Assembly: GCA_012295275.1 (NCBI GenBank) | Contig: CM022665.1 | Location: forward strand, 14,384,001 to 14,448,000 | Reading direction: 5' to 3' | From: Chrysomallon squamiferum | Taxonomy: Eukaryota > Animalia > Mollusca | Length of the DNA: 64,000 bases | In this document: positions 14,108 to 36,089 of the stretch, piece by piece | Layout of the letters: each line of letters begins with the position of its first letter | How positions within the stretch are numbered: the stretch's first letter is position 1 | Translations under genes and position numbers: made by a program | Notes under the pieces: model-generated | Told to the model about the DNA's origin: nothing | The model's database searches: none | What the model saw: only the letters and a program-made list of their open reading frames with translations

Positions 14108-14137
14108 GTCACGTGACTCCAAACGTAATATATAACA
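14108..14137 (+). promoter_or_regulatory. Reeler gene A promoter: E-box/CLEAR-type palindrome plus TATA-like element
   Basis: GTCACGTGAC at 14108-14117, followed by TAATATATAAC at ~14126-14136; the ATG is at 14188. Confidence 0.55.
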
Positions 14138-14187
14138 GAGTGTCGACTTCAGATGAAAGTGTGTTCGATTTCAAATACATAATAATT

Positions 14188-14902
14188 ATGGAGCTTGTAT
14201 TAAAGGTAAGATTTTGTTTTGTACTTATGTTGATTTAGGCTGTACATTTATCGAAATGAAAGCATGTGATTTTGATGAAACGTAAATCTGAACACAAATG
14301 AATAAAAAAAAATATTATTTTATTTATTATAGATTTGAATTTTAGTGAATAATAAACTAGTTTCACATTTGAATTATTATTATTAATATTATTATTATTA
14401 TTACTTTATAGAGAATATATCACAGTTCATGAGAATGTGAATTACAAAAGGTCCATTTCTGCAAATCTGTACACCTTAATAACTGAATTTGGATAGGTGT
14501 TCATAAATAAATATTTTTCTATCTTTTGTTTTAGGTGTGTGATGTTGTGTAACATTTACAAACGCATGTCTTTGTGAAAGCTGACATATATGTATATATA
14601 TGTGTGTGTGTGCGTGTGCGTTCGCGTTGTGTATTTGTTTTTTAACTGTCTACACATCTTGTTATTCAGTTGTTGTTGTTATTACTAGATAGTGGTTTGT
14701 GTAGCTGTGACGGTGATACAGCTATCTGTCGTTCATTCATATCCCGAGGGTCCCCCTCTCTCTTCTTGCTACGACATGTACCCTTCAGGCCACGACGTCG
14801 ATTCTCAGACGACGGCCTCGATTGTGACTTTCACGGTTACTAACTCTTCAGGAATGACTGCGACGTCGTACACAGCAGCAGAAACCTTCTCAGGTATATA
14901 AT

Positions 14903-14976
<74 letters not shown>

Positions 14977-15231
14977 AGCCTCGTTATTACTCTTTATCTG
15001 CGTTATGTCATCTTCGTTACTGTTTTTTTCAGTGACGGTATCTACAACAGACCCCGCGGATGCGACTCTGTATTTTGTAGGTTTGTTCGTGCAGGCACAG
15101 AAAGCGTCGTGTGCTGCAAACAACATGCCTTTGTATACCCCTCACGGTACCTTTTCGTTTGACCCAAGTAACTCTTTTCTGAAGACAATGGACTGCAATT
15201 CTGCAACTCAGGTTGGTATAAAATACAAAAA

Positions 15232-15262
<31 letters not shown>

Positions 15263-15615
15263 GTGTATAAGTGCGTAAGTAAATAAGTAAGTTAGTATGT
15301 AAATAAATAAACAAATGTACACACACACACGTATATATCTATATATATCTATATATCTATATATCTATATCTATATCTATCTATCTATCTATATATATAT
15401 ATATATATAATCCCGCAATATAAATTCAAAATGATCCCCCATAAAAATGCTAATGAAAATAATATACAGATCACTTCCACGTGTGTGTTTGTGAATCTGT
15501 GAACAAGCACACGCACAAACAAACAGGTATATTTCTTAACAAAAGATTATACATTTTCAGACAGCCTGATATATATCTCAGAGAGAAAAGTAAATAGATA
15601 ATAATAATAATAATA

Positions 15616-15664
<49 letters not shown>

Positions 15665-16570
15665 CAACAACAACAATAATAATAATAATAATCAACATCA
15701 TTGTCATCATCACAATAATCATCATAATCAAGACATACACATTTTTGTCAATGTATTGTTTTTCTTCTTCTTCTTTAGTATTAGTCTTATTTTTCAGAGT
15801 GCAATCAGCCAGAAAACATCTACCCGTCAGGTTACTCAGACATTTTTTTGGACCGCCCCCAATCCGACAGTTGGTCATTTATATCTGCAGTGAGTATAAT
15901 TTTTATTTATTAACTGATATTATTAAATAAAGTTTAATATTTTGTTAAACAGTATTAGCTATGTATCTGTCTCTCTGTCTGTCTGTACTGCGCCTATCCA
16001 TTCGTGCTCAAATGTAGTCGGTCACTCGTATGGTGAAACATCAGTTGTCTCAAGTGTGTTTATGTGCAAACGCATGTGCGTCTGTACGTACGTGCAAGCG
16101 AGGAGTAACATATTTTTTATTTTATTTTATTATTATTATTATTTTTTATTTTTATTTTTAGTGAATGTTATAAATTATAGAGAAAATAAATAATCTTTAC
16201 ACTTACCAGTCTGTCAATCCATCTATCTGTCTGTTTCTTCAACAGTCTTATTACGTTTATATTTCTTTTTTGTTTCTTTTGTCTTCTTTCTGTCTATTTA
16301 AATAAGGTTATAATGAAAATTAAGTGAAATGAGAAGAAGACAGATAACTACGATTTTTATTTTATTTTCAGAGCCACTGTTGTGAAAAATCTCGAAACAT
16401 TTTGGACTGGAATGGAATCTGGTTTTCTTTTAGACGCTTCCGACTCCGCGGACCCACAATACTGTGTGGTTCGTAACACGTTCAACACGGGCAGTTCAGT
16501 CACGTGGACACCTCTTTTAGTTCTGTTGGCCTTCAGCGTCGTCATAGCTAAAACAGTCTGCTTATTCTAG
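14188..16570 (+). CDS. Reeler-domain protein A (putative defense protein-like), signal peptide + GPI-type tail, 230 aa
   Basis: Exons 14188-14205 (MELVLK), 14689-14893, 15033-15211, 15798-15889, 16372-16570. All introns are GT-AG with phases 0/1/0/2, total 693 nt. Reeler motifs: YPEGPPLSSCYDMYPSGH, YFVGLFVQAQ, PHGTF, LKTMDC, SAISQ, FFWTAP..VGHLYLQATVVKNLETFW. C-terminus NTGSSVTWTPLLVLLAFSVVIAKTVCLF. Confidence 0.9.
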
Positions 16571-16749
16571 TAGAGTTTTTAATATCATGTCTGTTTTTCT
16601 GTCTGTGTGTGTATGTGTGTGTATGTGTATTTATAACTCTCTCTCTCTCTCTCGCTCTGTGTAGTTTCTTTGACAAATCGTCTTGTCTTTACCTTCTCTG
16701 TCTCTCCCTCTCGTTCTCTCTCTCTGTCTCTGTATACATGGTGTGTATA

Positions 16750-16797
<48 letters not shown>

Positions 16798-17632
16798 ACT
16801 GTACAGACATTATTATTGGGGTTTTTCTTCTTTCTTTTTTTTTGAAATATATTGTTTATATTCATGACAAACTGAAAAAGAAAAAGCTTTAAAAAGTCTT
16901 TGTTATCTTTAGGTTTATTTTTTTATTTTTTTTAATAATTATTTATTATTATTATTTTTTTTTTTTAGCTTGTATATTAATGAATGGATGAATGAAAGAA
17001 TGACTGAATGAATGACTTAAAAATTCATTATGTTAATGAATAGCTGTTAACTATTTTATATTTTACGATGTACATTATACTGTATATTGTTCTTCTAGTA
17101 TGCTTAGTTACGTAATTTACTTTATTGATATTGTAATTTTATTTAGTTACTCAAGAAAACATGGCAAATAAATATATATTGCATTTTTGTAACTATAGTT
17201 GTTTGTTGACATCGTTAAGTGGTTGTTATTATTGTTCCTGCTGCTGCTGATGTTGTTATTGTTGTTGTTATTGCTGTTGTTTTATTCTGTAGACAATAAC
17301 AAATTTATTAACATTTCTCTTTTACTGTATCGCCTATTTTAAAAATAATTATAAGTTCAATTATTAATGCAGAAACTGATCTAATTTGAAGGTTGGATGT
17401 TTTGGAAAACTAAAAATTATCCACACGCACACACACACACACACACACGCATAGACACACACAGACACACACTTTCATTTATTCAATATCAAGAAAGAAA
17501 ATTTACTTATAAATGATTGAAGAAATTGAGGCAAGGGCGACAACTACCGATCATCCATTTATATATTTGTTAAAAAATATTATTTTTGACGAAACACAAT
17601 TGCAAAAAGACACAAAAGACTGAGTTCCATTG

Positions 17633-17693
<61 letters not shown>

Positions 17694-17727
17694 TATATAT
17701 ATATATATATATTTTTTTTTTATTATT

Positions 17728-17813
<86 letters not shown>

Positions 17814-19269
17814 TCGTTTGTTTTTTGTTTTATTATTTATTTATTCCTTTACTTTACTTTACTGTACTTTACACCCCTTTATACGTGTTGTAGATAGAAA
17901 TACAAATACATTGTTATAATAAGGTGTTCCCGGTTACTAGATCCATTCTCCCTAGTTTCCACTGGTCTGTTTCCAGATAAGACTAGTCTATCAGAATGTA
18001 TATACTTTTGAAAATAGCTTTTGTTTACATTGATGTACGATAGTTCACAGAATGTCGGATTTCCTCTCGGACACTTTCACTGCAAAATAACAGGATTGCA
18101 CATCCAGTAACAAAGTAATGTGTTTGTCTTAGGAACGTTATTCAAGAGTGTGGATTGAAAGTGACGGCTAGAGATGGGGTTATGTGGTACGTTTCATAAC
18201 TGACAGACAGACAAACATAAACACACTCAAACAAATATACACACAAATAGACATACACACAAGCAGAAACATACACACAAGCAGAAACATACACACATAC
18301 ACACACATACAGAGATGCACACACTCCACACACAGATACACGCTTAGACACACATACACACATTCATACATACACACATACACATACAAGCACACACATA
18401 CACACATACACACATATACACATACACACACATACACACATACACATCCACTGTGAAAATGGTCTGAATCATGTGTAACAATTAGATAATAAAAAGAAAC
18501 ACACAAAACAAAGCTACAACACTGACGACATTACTAATAACACTACTACTACTGCTACTGCTGCTACTGCAGTTAGCACTACTACTGCTATTACTGTTAT
18601 AGCTAATACTATAATTACTACTGTTAATACTTTGATAATACTACTAATAATAATAACAATAACACCGAAAGTTACAAACATTTATTTCATATAAAATAGT
18701 GTTACGTTTTTTTATTATTTATATAGTTAGAACTGGAAGAAAGAGAGTAATATATGAGTTCCCATTCACTTTCAAAGAAAGATCATAAGGTAAGTCATAT
18801 TTTTAATAACAAGACTAAAACTACGGAAGCCCACAATGTGCTAAAACGGATATTGCTGCTCCGTATTTCTTTATACACGTTTTGTAAATATTCGGTACTG
18901 TATCCAGCAATTGAGTATATCATATCTAGCACTTTTTTAGACCATTAGACCGCTAAATTTTTTTTTATAAAACAACAGACCAAAAAGCACTACCACCAGC
19001 AAAAAACTCTCACCCAAAGAACTTTAAAAAAAAAAAAACAACAACAAAAAAAAAAAAAAGAGATAATTAAAAAAAAGAAAAAAAAAGAAAAAGACCCTCA
19101 CAAAAAGAAAGAAAAACCCCCCAAAAACCCAAAAACAACAGCAACAAAAAACAAACAAATCAGCAAAAGAAAAAAAATCATTAGACACAAATGGGCTTCT
19201 TATGAATTAACTGTAATATTTATTGATAATATGTGGATGAATTAACGAATGCAATTTCGTACGTGGTGT

Positions 19270-23061
<3,792 letters not shown>

Positions 23062-23127
23062 GTTTTTGCATTAATCGCAAGTCAATGTGAACGCGGGTTG
23101 ACAAGTAATAAATAGCACCCTCTAACG

Positions 23128-23137
23128 ATCACGTGAC
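23128..23137 (-). promoter_or_regulatory. Reeler gene B promoter E-box palindrome
   Basis: The minus strand reads GAAAGTCACGTGAT, ~67 bp upstream of ATG 23061. The GAAAGTCACGTGA context is the same as in gene A. Confidence 0.55.
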
Positions 23138-23425
23138 TTTCATAATCATACGAGAAAAAGACAGAAAAAAAAAAAAAAAAAATCGACCAATGACATCAGA
23201 ATATTTAAAACAGGCTGCAAATTCAGGGCTGTTTCACCGAGCCGTCTTGACTAATGATCTTAAAGCAGGGCAAAATGAATAAAGTCTTAAATACTGTTCA
23301 AGGCCAATTTGTGTACAATATAAAGCGAACGTTTCAGATTTCAGTCTTCAGTTACATTCAGTTAAAAATGTCTTGCAAATTTCTCGCAAAAAAAAAAAAA
23401 AAATCAACAAGTTTAGAGTAGTCTG

Positions 23426-23464
<39 letters not shown>

Positions 23465-24307
23465 TTGATATTATGGTTATTATCGTCTGATAAGTTTGAT
23501 ACGATTCTGTCAATTTATTTTATAATTAAACAGCTGCAAACTGCATTTAATGGTATTCAGGTTGGTCTTCCGAATACTGATGAACTACGTTGATCATAAT
23601 TACATTCTTTCAAAAATAAACATTTGACAAGTGTTTAAATATGTTTTTTTTTTTTTATTAACGATAAAATGCAATTCTTTTCCCACGTTTCCCCATTTTA
23701 TGCTTCGTATCTCATTATGTTTACAACAAACAAACAAACAAAAATAATAATAGATAAAAAATTAAATAAAATAAAATAAATAAATAAATAAATAAAGACA
23801 AATATAATTAAGCAGGAGAATTATCATGTATGTGCAAACATTTTGGTCTTATTTGTTCTTGTTACAAACTCATATAAGGATACTGTACTGCTGCTGTTCA
23901 TTGAATCCGTGTTATTGTGTTTTCATAAAATGTCACATGCACGGGATTGTATTTAAATATATCCGTGTTAGCTTTTTCATTCCAAAAATTGTTTACCATC
24001 TTGAAATGTTGTCCGAGGAAGTAAAAAAAATGAAAGAAAGGAAAACAAAAATTTTTTTTTTTTTTGTTTTTGACATAAGCACGCACTCTTTCTACGTTGA
24101 TTTCATCCACTCTGTCTCTATCTACTTTCTTTCTTTTTTCTTTCTATCTCGTCAGTCTTACTATTCTATCTCTGCAAACAAACATGTTTTTTGACAGTAC
24201 CTACGCACACATTGCTACAAAAAAAAAAAAAAAAAAAAAAAAGAATAAAGAGATAGATTCAGACGACGAATTAAATTAATTAGGGAGTGTATGTGAATGA
24301 AAAATCA

Positions 24308-24406
<99 letters not shown>

Positions 24407-24927
24407 GAAGAGTGTTTGAAAGAAAAAAATAAACAGAGAGAGAGAGAAAACAGACAGTCAGAGAGCAAGAGAGAGAGAAAGAGAGAGAGAAAAATTAAAT
24501 AGCGAGTGAACGAGAGAGAGAAAAAAAGAGAGAAAGAGATGATGATAATGCAGACTTCTGTGTGTTCGTCTCTGTAATGACATTACACCCATTGTTATGA
24601 GATCAGCTCCGTTTTTTATTTTATTTTTAAACATAAGGAAAAGATGACTCAGATACATACAAAATCACCGAACCGTGTGTCCGTGTATGTAGTCATTATT
24701 GTCTGAGTTTGTAATACAAGACTGTATGTTTAACAAAATACATAACTTAGGCTAAGTTATTTGGCATTTCTTTTATAGTTAGATCACTGTGACTAACCAT
24801 GTTTGCTTTATTCTGAATCATACCTGTCTCTATTGACTTGATATTATAAGTCGTTTCAAATAATTATAAAAGTAAAGGTGCCTGTTTATTTAATTTATTT
24901 TGGAATGCACGTAAGATAAATGGAGTC

Positions 24928-24964
<37 letters not shown>

Positions 24965-25483
24965 TTGATTATGTATGTAATTGGGCTATAAAAATGAGAT
25001 ATAAATCAAAGCTTACAGCGATGACTCGAGAACCAATACATCACAGACAGTAGTCTTCTCAGTGCACGCTTTGAGAATTTCCTTTTCTAACCAATGCTAC
25101 TCTTCTAAGAGTTAAAAACCCATAGTATGTATTTTCCTGTCAACAAACGCTCATTAACTGTTGATGTGAAATATATAATGATTCGCTAATTAGGTCTGAA
25201 ATACCGAATTATTTTATTTTTGTGATACGTTCGTGAGAGTGAAAGAAGAGTAAAACATGATGATGAGACAGGTTAGTTGATTATACGTCGTGTCTGCAGA
25301 CGTAATATCTGCACTCGTGTTTCTAACGACCGTCTTAGTCACTCGATTCAGTGTGCAGGAAAATCGGATACGATGCTGACGTCATTTTTTTTTTTTTCGT
25401 CTTGCTTCTTTTTTTTCTTTGGTTATTTTGTTATCTTCAAGACCTTTTTCTTTTGTTTATTGTTTTGTTCATTCTTTCTTTTC

Positions 25484-25515
<32 letters not shown>

Positions 25516-26059
25516 AGTTTTAAAATATCTTTTTGTTTCTTTTGTTTTTCTGACTATTTCTTTCTTTCTTTCATTGCTTATTTTTAACTTTCTTCTTTGT
25601 CTGCTTCTCTCTTTCTATCTTACGTCATTATTTACAATCCTTACGGAATAGGTTTTTTCTGGGCTGTTGATGGAGTGGAGGCGGAGCAAACAGCAACATA
25701 ACGATGAAAAAACATAATATAACAGCAACGACGAAAATCAACTATTTAATCTACTGCAACTACAACTACAACATCAGACCACTTTCTACTCTGCTGCCGC
25801 TACAACTTTTATTACATCTACTATTACTGCTACTACTACTATTATTACAACTCCTATTACTATTACTACTACTATAACTACTGCTGCTGCTGCTGCTACT
25901 ACTATACTCCTCAAACAAAATTAGGAAAACCTGAAATGTTAATGTTAATATCAACTATTAGACCGAACATACGTTTTGACCACAGACATCCTAGTAAAGA
26001 ACGTGTTCACCAAACACAAAACACAAAACACAAGCTGCACATCACGCCAACGTCACAGT

Positions 26060-26656
26060 GTGGTTTCATGACTTGGATCTGTTATGGGTTATTGGGGTGA
26101 TATCATTTTAACAGACAGAACCCCACCCCTCCAAGGAAGGGGTCACTGGGCAAGCCTTCCGGGACAGCATACCGATTCGTTCCATTTGCTAGACGTATGG
26201 GATGACGTGTTTGTTTTTCAGGATGACTACGCTCGTCACACACGCATCGCCAGTGTTCACCTGCAGCAGCACCAGCAATGACATCAGACCTTTCCCCACT
26301 GAACAAGTCTGAGATGTGACACGGGCTCGTGTGCGTCAGCCTTAAAGACCACTGACCACGTTAGTGAAACTTAGTCAGACAGTGACAGAGGAGTGCAACT
26401 AAACCACTGAGATGGCCTTAGGGGGATTCTTCATGGTGCTATCACCTACCACTAATAAAAAAAAAAAAAATTAATAAAAAAAAAAAAAAAAATCACTTCT
26501 GAGCCCAGTCGTCCTTGAAAAATATTTTGTGGTCATAAATCCTACAGCATTATACATTCAGTATTATCATATAACCATTCCCCACAGCTAATATACCTTA
26601 CCATTTTAGCAGTTGTAAATTCTTTTTAAAGTTCCCCTACCTTTTTTGAAGAGTAT
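26060..26656 (+). mobile_element. Degenerate Tc1/mariner transposon relic (3' part of the DDE transposase and right end)
   Basis: Frame-shifted translations GSVMGYWGDIILTDRTP, FVFQDDYAR(H) and SDLSPLN resemble the Tc1 motifs SVMVWG..., F.FQQDNARPH and SPDLNPIE. It ends in GTTCCCCTACCTTTTTTGAAGAGTATA, which looks like a Tc1-type terminal repeat plus TA. Confidence 0.7.
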
Positions 26657-27158
26657 ATTATCATCATGTTACTTCTACCACTCCTATCTTACAACATAAA
26701 TGTTTGGTTTAAAAAAAAAAAAAAAAAATGTTTACTGAAATATGAATTATAAAATATATTAAGCATTGAGGATGTTGGTAATTATTGGAAATCGTCAACA
26801 AAGACTTGAATCCGGGACTTCGCCTCATTTTTGTGACTGACACACAGCAAAATGACATCTTACACGCATGACTGAGAACACTTACATTTAACTTATAATT
26901 ACGTTCTTGTCCCACTAAAACACACATTATCTAGAGTGACACAGCATCTTGTGTCAGGGCTGCTTCAAAAGAGTCATGATCTATGGATATACAGATGAAT
27001 AAAGAAAATGAGAGAGAGAGAGACTGAAAAAGAAGAAAGACATAATATCAGACAAATGTAAAAAAAAAAAGAGCATGAAACGAGAGAAAGACGGAGACAA
27101 AGATAGATAGATAAATAGACAGATATATGTATAAATATATAGATAGATGGAGAGATAT

Positions 27159-27237
<79 letters not shown>

Positions 27238-27932
27238 CAGAGACTGAGAAAGAGAGAGAGAGAATGAGAGAGAGAGATGTTTAAAAAAAACAAAACATTT
27301 CTTAATGTTAATTAATTCTAATTTATATAGTCTTGCATCTGATATCTCGAAATTAATTAAATATGTTCCATTACACCAATTAATATTTCATAAGTACTTT
27401 TCCCAAAAGACAAAACAATACATACCACAGTTGTTTTTTTTATTAACAAGTCGCAAATTAATGGTTAGGGCGAATCATAATGAAGGTTACCCTCCCCCGA
27501 CGGGAATCGATCCACTGATCGCCACCTTACCAATTTCATTCCAGTCCTCACTCAGGTTTATTTTCACCATCTGACTTTAAAACCATGCTTTATCTTCCTT
27601 GCGGGTTTCACAATGTTAAACGTACGTGGACTAATGGAAGCCATTACTTATTAATAGACACATGACTCGTGATTTTCTTAAATGACATGATATCTGATAT
27701 CGTGCACTTGAAAGCATGCTTCAGAATCACGGGATATTTATTTATATTTTAATTTTTGGAAAGCAATAACAAAAAAAAAAAAAAAAACAGATAAATATTC
27801 CTGCACTTGTTACATATCTCGACTACCCTTATAACACCCGTCCTGTGTGCGTGCTTGGATGTTACTGTAACTTGCTTTAAAACAGCAAAATAGAAACAAA
27901 GAAAATCTTTTAAGACCTCAACATTGTAGAAA

Positions 27933-31959
<4,027 letters not shown>

Positions 31960-32425
31960 ACAGTTACAGAAACTGTTAGTTAACGTTACAAAATCTTTGT
32001 ACATTTATAAAGCTTTATGTGAAATTTTTTTTTTTTTTTTTTAAATTTAAATATGCATATAGTTTTTCTTGATTGGTTGGATCAGTTCTATGATCATTAT
32101 TTAGTTGATGATTTATTTATTTATTTATTTACTTTTTAAAATTTTTTTTTTTTTTTTTATATGTCAATTTGTTTACTTTATTGTTTATTTATTTAATTTA
32201 TTTATTTTATATTATTATTATGATTATTATGATTATTATGATTATTATTATTATTATTAAATTACATACGATATATTAATATATTTGTCGTAACTTTGCT
32301 TACTTTTGAATTAATTTCAGCTACATTAGATTACATTGGCCAGTCATTAATTGCTAGAAAGTGTCATAACCGCCTTTATCTATATATTCTGATGTCCTAA
32401 TAGATCATTTACATTATTATTACTA

Positions 32426-32466
<41 letters not shown>

Positions 32467-32703
32467 TATTAATAGTAGTTGTAGTAGTATGATAATGATT
32501 ATTATTATTATTATTATTTCGTAATAATTTTTTTGAAATGAAAAATAACAATCATTTGTCTGCCTATCCTGACTTTACATATTTATTTTTTATTTTAATT
32601 TAATAATATAATGTAATGAGCTAAAATATCACGGAATAAAATTAAATTTTTATAATGAAAAGAAGTGTGGACAGTTTTTATCAAACACAAATACATACAT
32701 ACA

Positions 32704-32735
<32 letters not shown>

Positions 32736-32761
32736 CATACATACATACATACATACATACA

Positions 32762-32795
<34 letters not shown>

Positions 32796-33329
32796 CTTAC
32801 ATACATAATGGACATTAGGCATTTGTAAGGTCATAATAGAAGAGCTTGTAAATTTTCTCTTCTTCACCAATAAATTTATTTATTTATTTAATTTTATTTT
32901 AATAAAAGTTATTATTATTATTACTGACTGCAGAGCGATCACTATTTTCCGTAAGTTACGACTTTTGTCGAAACGTTATAACGTCAACAATGATTTGACG
33001 TATCTCGAATGAATATCTTCATTCTGCTTTAGAAGTAAGTATTTGTGTTTTGTTGTTGTTTGTTTATAGTAGTTGTTTTTATCAGTGCTGTATTAAGCAT
33101 CACAGAACTACCGTCGTGGTATTATTCTACTGAATATTTGAAGAAACCTCGCAGTTCAAAGTCAAACTGCGTAAACACTTACATAAAAAACTATGAACAA
33201 AGCAGTTCTTTTCTTAAAGCCGAATAGTATGTAAGTCGGAACAGCCGGCTTTAATATAGGCATGTATACGAAATATAATATATTTGTAAGCTTAATATAA
33301 CAATTTAGCATATAATATTAATGCTTTAA

Positions 33330-33470
33330 TAGTTGCATTTTGTCCTGTAGAGTCAGTTACTTTTGTTGTAACAGTCGGGGAGGTTGTCTGTGCGTCAGTT
33401 TTGTGATCGTCGGGAAACATATGTCCACCTGAATGAAGCCGGGGACCCTCGGAGAAAGAGCTGACCGCTT
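33330..33470 (-). pseudogene. Decayed isolated copy of Reeler exon 2
   Basis: AVSSFSEGPRLHSGGHMFPDDHKTDAQTTSPTVTTKVTDSTGQNAT aligns with AVNAYSNGPPLSACTEMFPVGHKVDAQTSNSIVTIKVKNSEQNETT of gene B. The conserved Cys is lost, and I found no signal peptide, donor or downstream exons. Confidence 0.75.
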
Positions 33471-33979
33471 TGATTTCGAATGCATTTAGATACATAAGCA
33501 TGAAGACGAATCAAAAATATATATTACGGAAATAAATTAAAAAAATTAAATAAATAAATGAAGTTATAAATAAATGAATAAATGAATAAAAAAAAAAAAA
33601 AAAAAAAAAAAAATATATAAATAAATAAATAATTTTATAAAATAAAGTTTAAATTATTAAAAAAATTTTTTTTTTAAAATTAAGAAAGGAAATAGGTTAC
33701 GAATTGATCGAATGAATGAACGTTTATTTTATGAAATCAGGTGCCCTGTATTTATTTAAGATTTGTTCTAAATCACATTTGTCTTTCAAACATAAAATGA
33801 TACAGAGGATAGGAATGCTTTAACAACATATAAAACATCCGCATTAAAATTAATAACCCTTATGTTAATACTTCAACACATAAAAAGGGTCAAAATATTT
33901 CAAGAAAAAAAAAAAAAAAAAATACGCCTGAGGCTTTTTTCTTCTTTTGATTCGCATCTTTTTTTTATTTTTTTTTTTT

Positions 33980-34018
<39 letters not shown>

Positions 34019-34312
34019 TTATTTTTTTTGTTGTTGTCACTGTAGCGTAACCGGGTAAGTAGGTAGGTGGGAAAGAAGCCGATCGCCGGTCTAGATTTGT
34101 GCCGCTGTCTTTAACCCACTAACACAGATTGGGCAGTTTCCAAGGACAACCTCCTTGGACCTTCTGTCATCATCATTAATAAATTTATCATTATTTTATA
34201 TATTTATTAAAATAATTATCAGTGCAAAAGGGGGAGGGGAATGAGGCAGAGAGAAAGAAAGAGAGAGAATCTGTGAATTTGTGTATACTATGTCGAATGT
34301 TATAAGACAAAC

Positions 34313-34358
<46 letters not shown>

Positions 34359-34678
34359 CTAATTCGAAACAGTCATTAGGACTAGAGTCACTATATTTTG
34401 ATCTATACTCTGTGAGTGAAGTTTTAAAACTTCACAAATTGAAGTCAGTGAGGTGAAAAAAAAAATTAAATTAAGATTTTAAATTTAATTTTATATATGT
34501 ATATATTCTTAAAACATGCTTGATATAGCATTAAAAGAGTTTTAGTAAAAAGGAAACTCAAAAATTGCGAATTAAATTGAGTTATTCTAGCAAATTCATA
34601 AATATATATCTAAAACAAATAAATAAATAAATAAACAAATGTAAGCATTTTATTCATTCCACCTTTGACACCCAAGGC

Positions 34679-34767
<89 letters not shown>

Positions 34768-35843
34768 CTATTTCAGTCTTAAAATTAAGCTGTTTTTGTT
34801 TATTTGTATGTATGTTTGCATGCATGTGTGCTGTGTATGTGTGTTGATGTAAGGATATATGTAAAGATAAGTATATATCATAATATCTAACAAATATACA
34901 TACTTTTAATTAAAAATAATAATAATAATACATAAATAAATAAATTAATTAATTAAAAAAAAAAAAAAAGAAAAAAAAAAAAAAAAGCACACACATACAC
35001 ACACAATAAATAAATAAATAAAACCCACACAAAAACAAAGAAATAAAAAAAAAAAAAAAAAAAAAAACAACAACAATCAAGACAAAAAACAGTTCAAAAC
35101 GTTTTAAGTAGATTATGCATACACATTTATTACATTTATTTGTTCTATAAAACATACAAAAAAAGGTCCGTGTATAAAAATATTATAAATAGCTCGGGTC
35201 ATTAGAAACGTTACAACAGATACCATGAGAAGAACCAAGTATTATTATTTAGAAAATATGTATACGTTTTATTGCATGAGTATATAAATGTATGTATATC
35301 ATCATTAAAATAAAATAAAATACAATGAAATAAAATCTGTTTAAAATATATTGCTGGTTTCGTTTTTAAATAATTTCTGATTAACTCGAGTCAGTGAAAT
35401 GTGTCGAAAAGACTCGAGTTCCATTTCACTTTCAAAGAAAGATCATAAGGAAAATCGAAGCCTTTTCTTAACCCCAGCACATAAATCTATGTTAAATTAC
35501 TTAGGCATGTTTTATACGAAATAATTTAAAAAGCCAATGAAAAACTCTAGTAACAGAATCATGACCGTAACCATAATAAAATTAAACAGTTATGTAAATG
35601 AATTTCTTGCCTTTATACAAGATAGATTTTAGTAATTAGAAAAATTATTCATATTTGAAATACTTTGTTGTATATACTATACAAATAATAATAACGTTAA
35701 TAATGATTGAGTACAAAATGAAATTATCCTAAAGATGAGTATTGAAGATAAAATAAAGATGTTGAACAGTGGTAGACACTGCGTTTGTATCAAAAGGAAG
35801 ATGATTAGACATAAAATACGCTTAACAACATAAGCCACTCAGT

Positions 35844-35882
<39 letters not shown>

Positions 35883-36089
35883 GTATACTGCCCACTGATG
35901 AAAGAATTTAACTTTATTTCATAGCAAGAATTATCTTTTTAGACAGAATAGTACTTGAAATATCTCTATTTAAATGAGATGAATTTTTGAAAATGTCGAG
36001 TTTCCATCGTTTATTGCTAAGATACGGTGATACCCTCTAACTGAATAAAACACGTGAATCACAAATAAATGATAATGAAGTTTCGTATG

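Noticed and set aside
18754-18795. Plus-strand ATG...AAG|gtaagt micro-exon (MSSHSLSKKDHK), or a SECIS reading of the minus strand
   Set aside because: The second copy at 35416 lacks both the ATG and the donor. The SECIS stem pairs poorly and none of the Reeler ORFs has an in-frame TGA.
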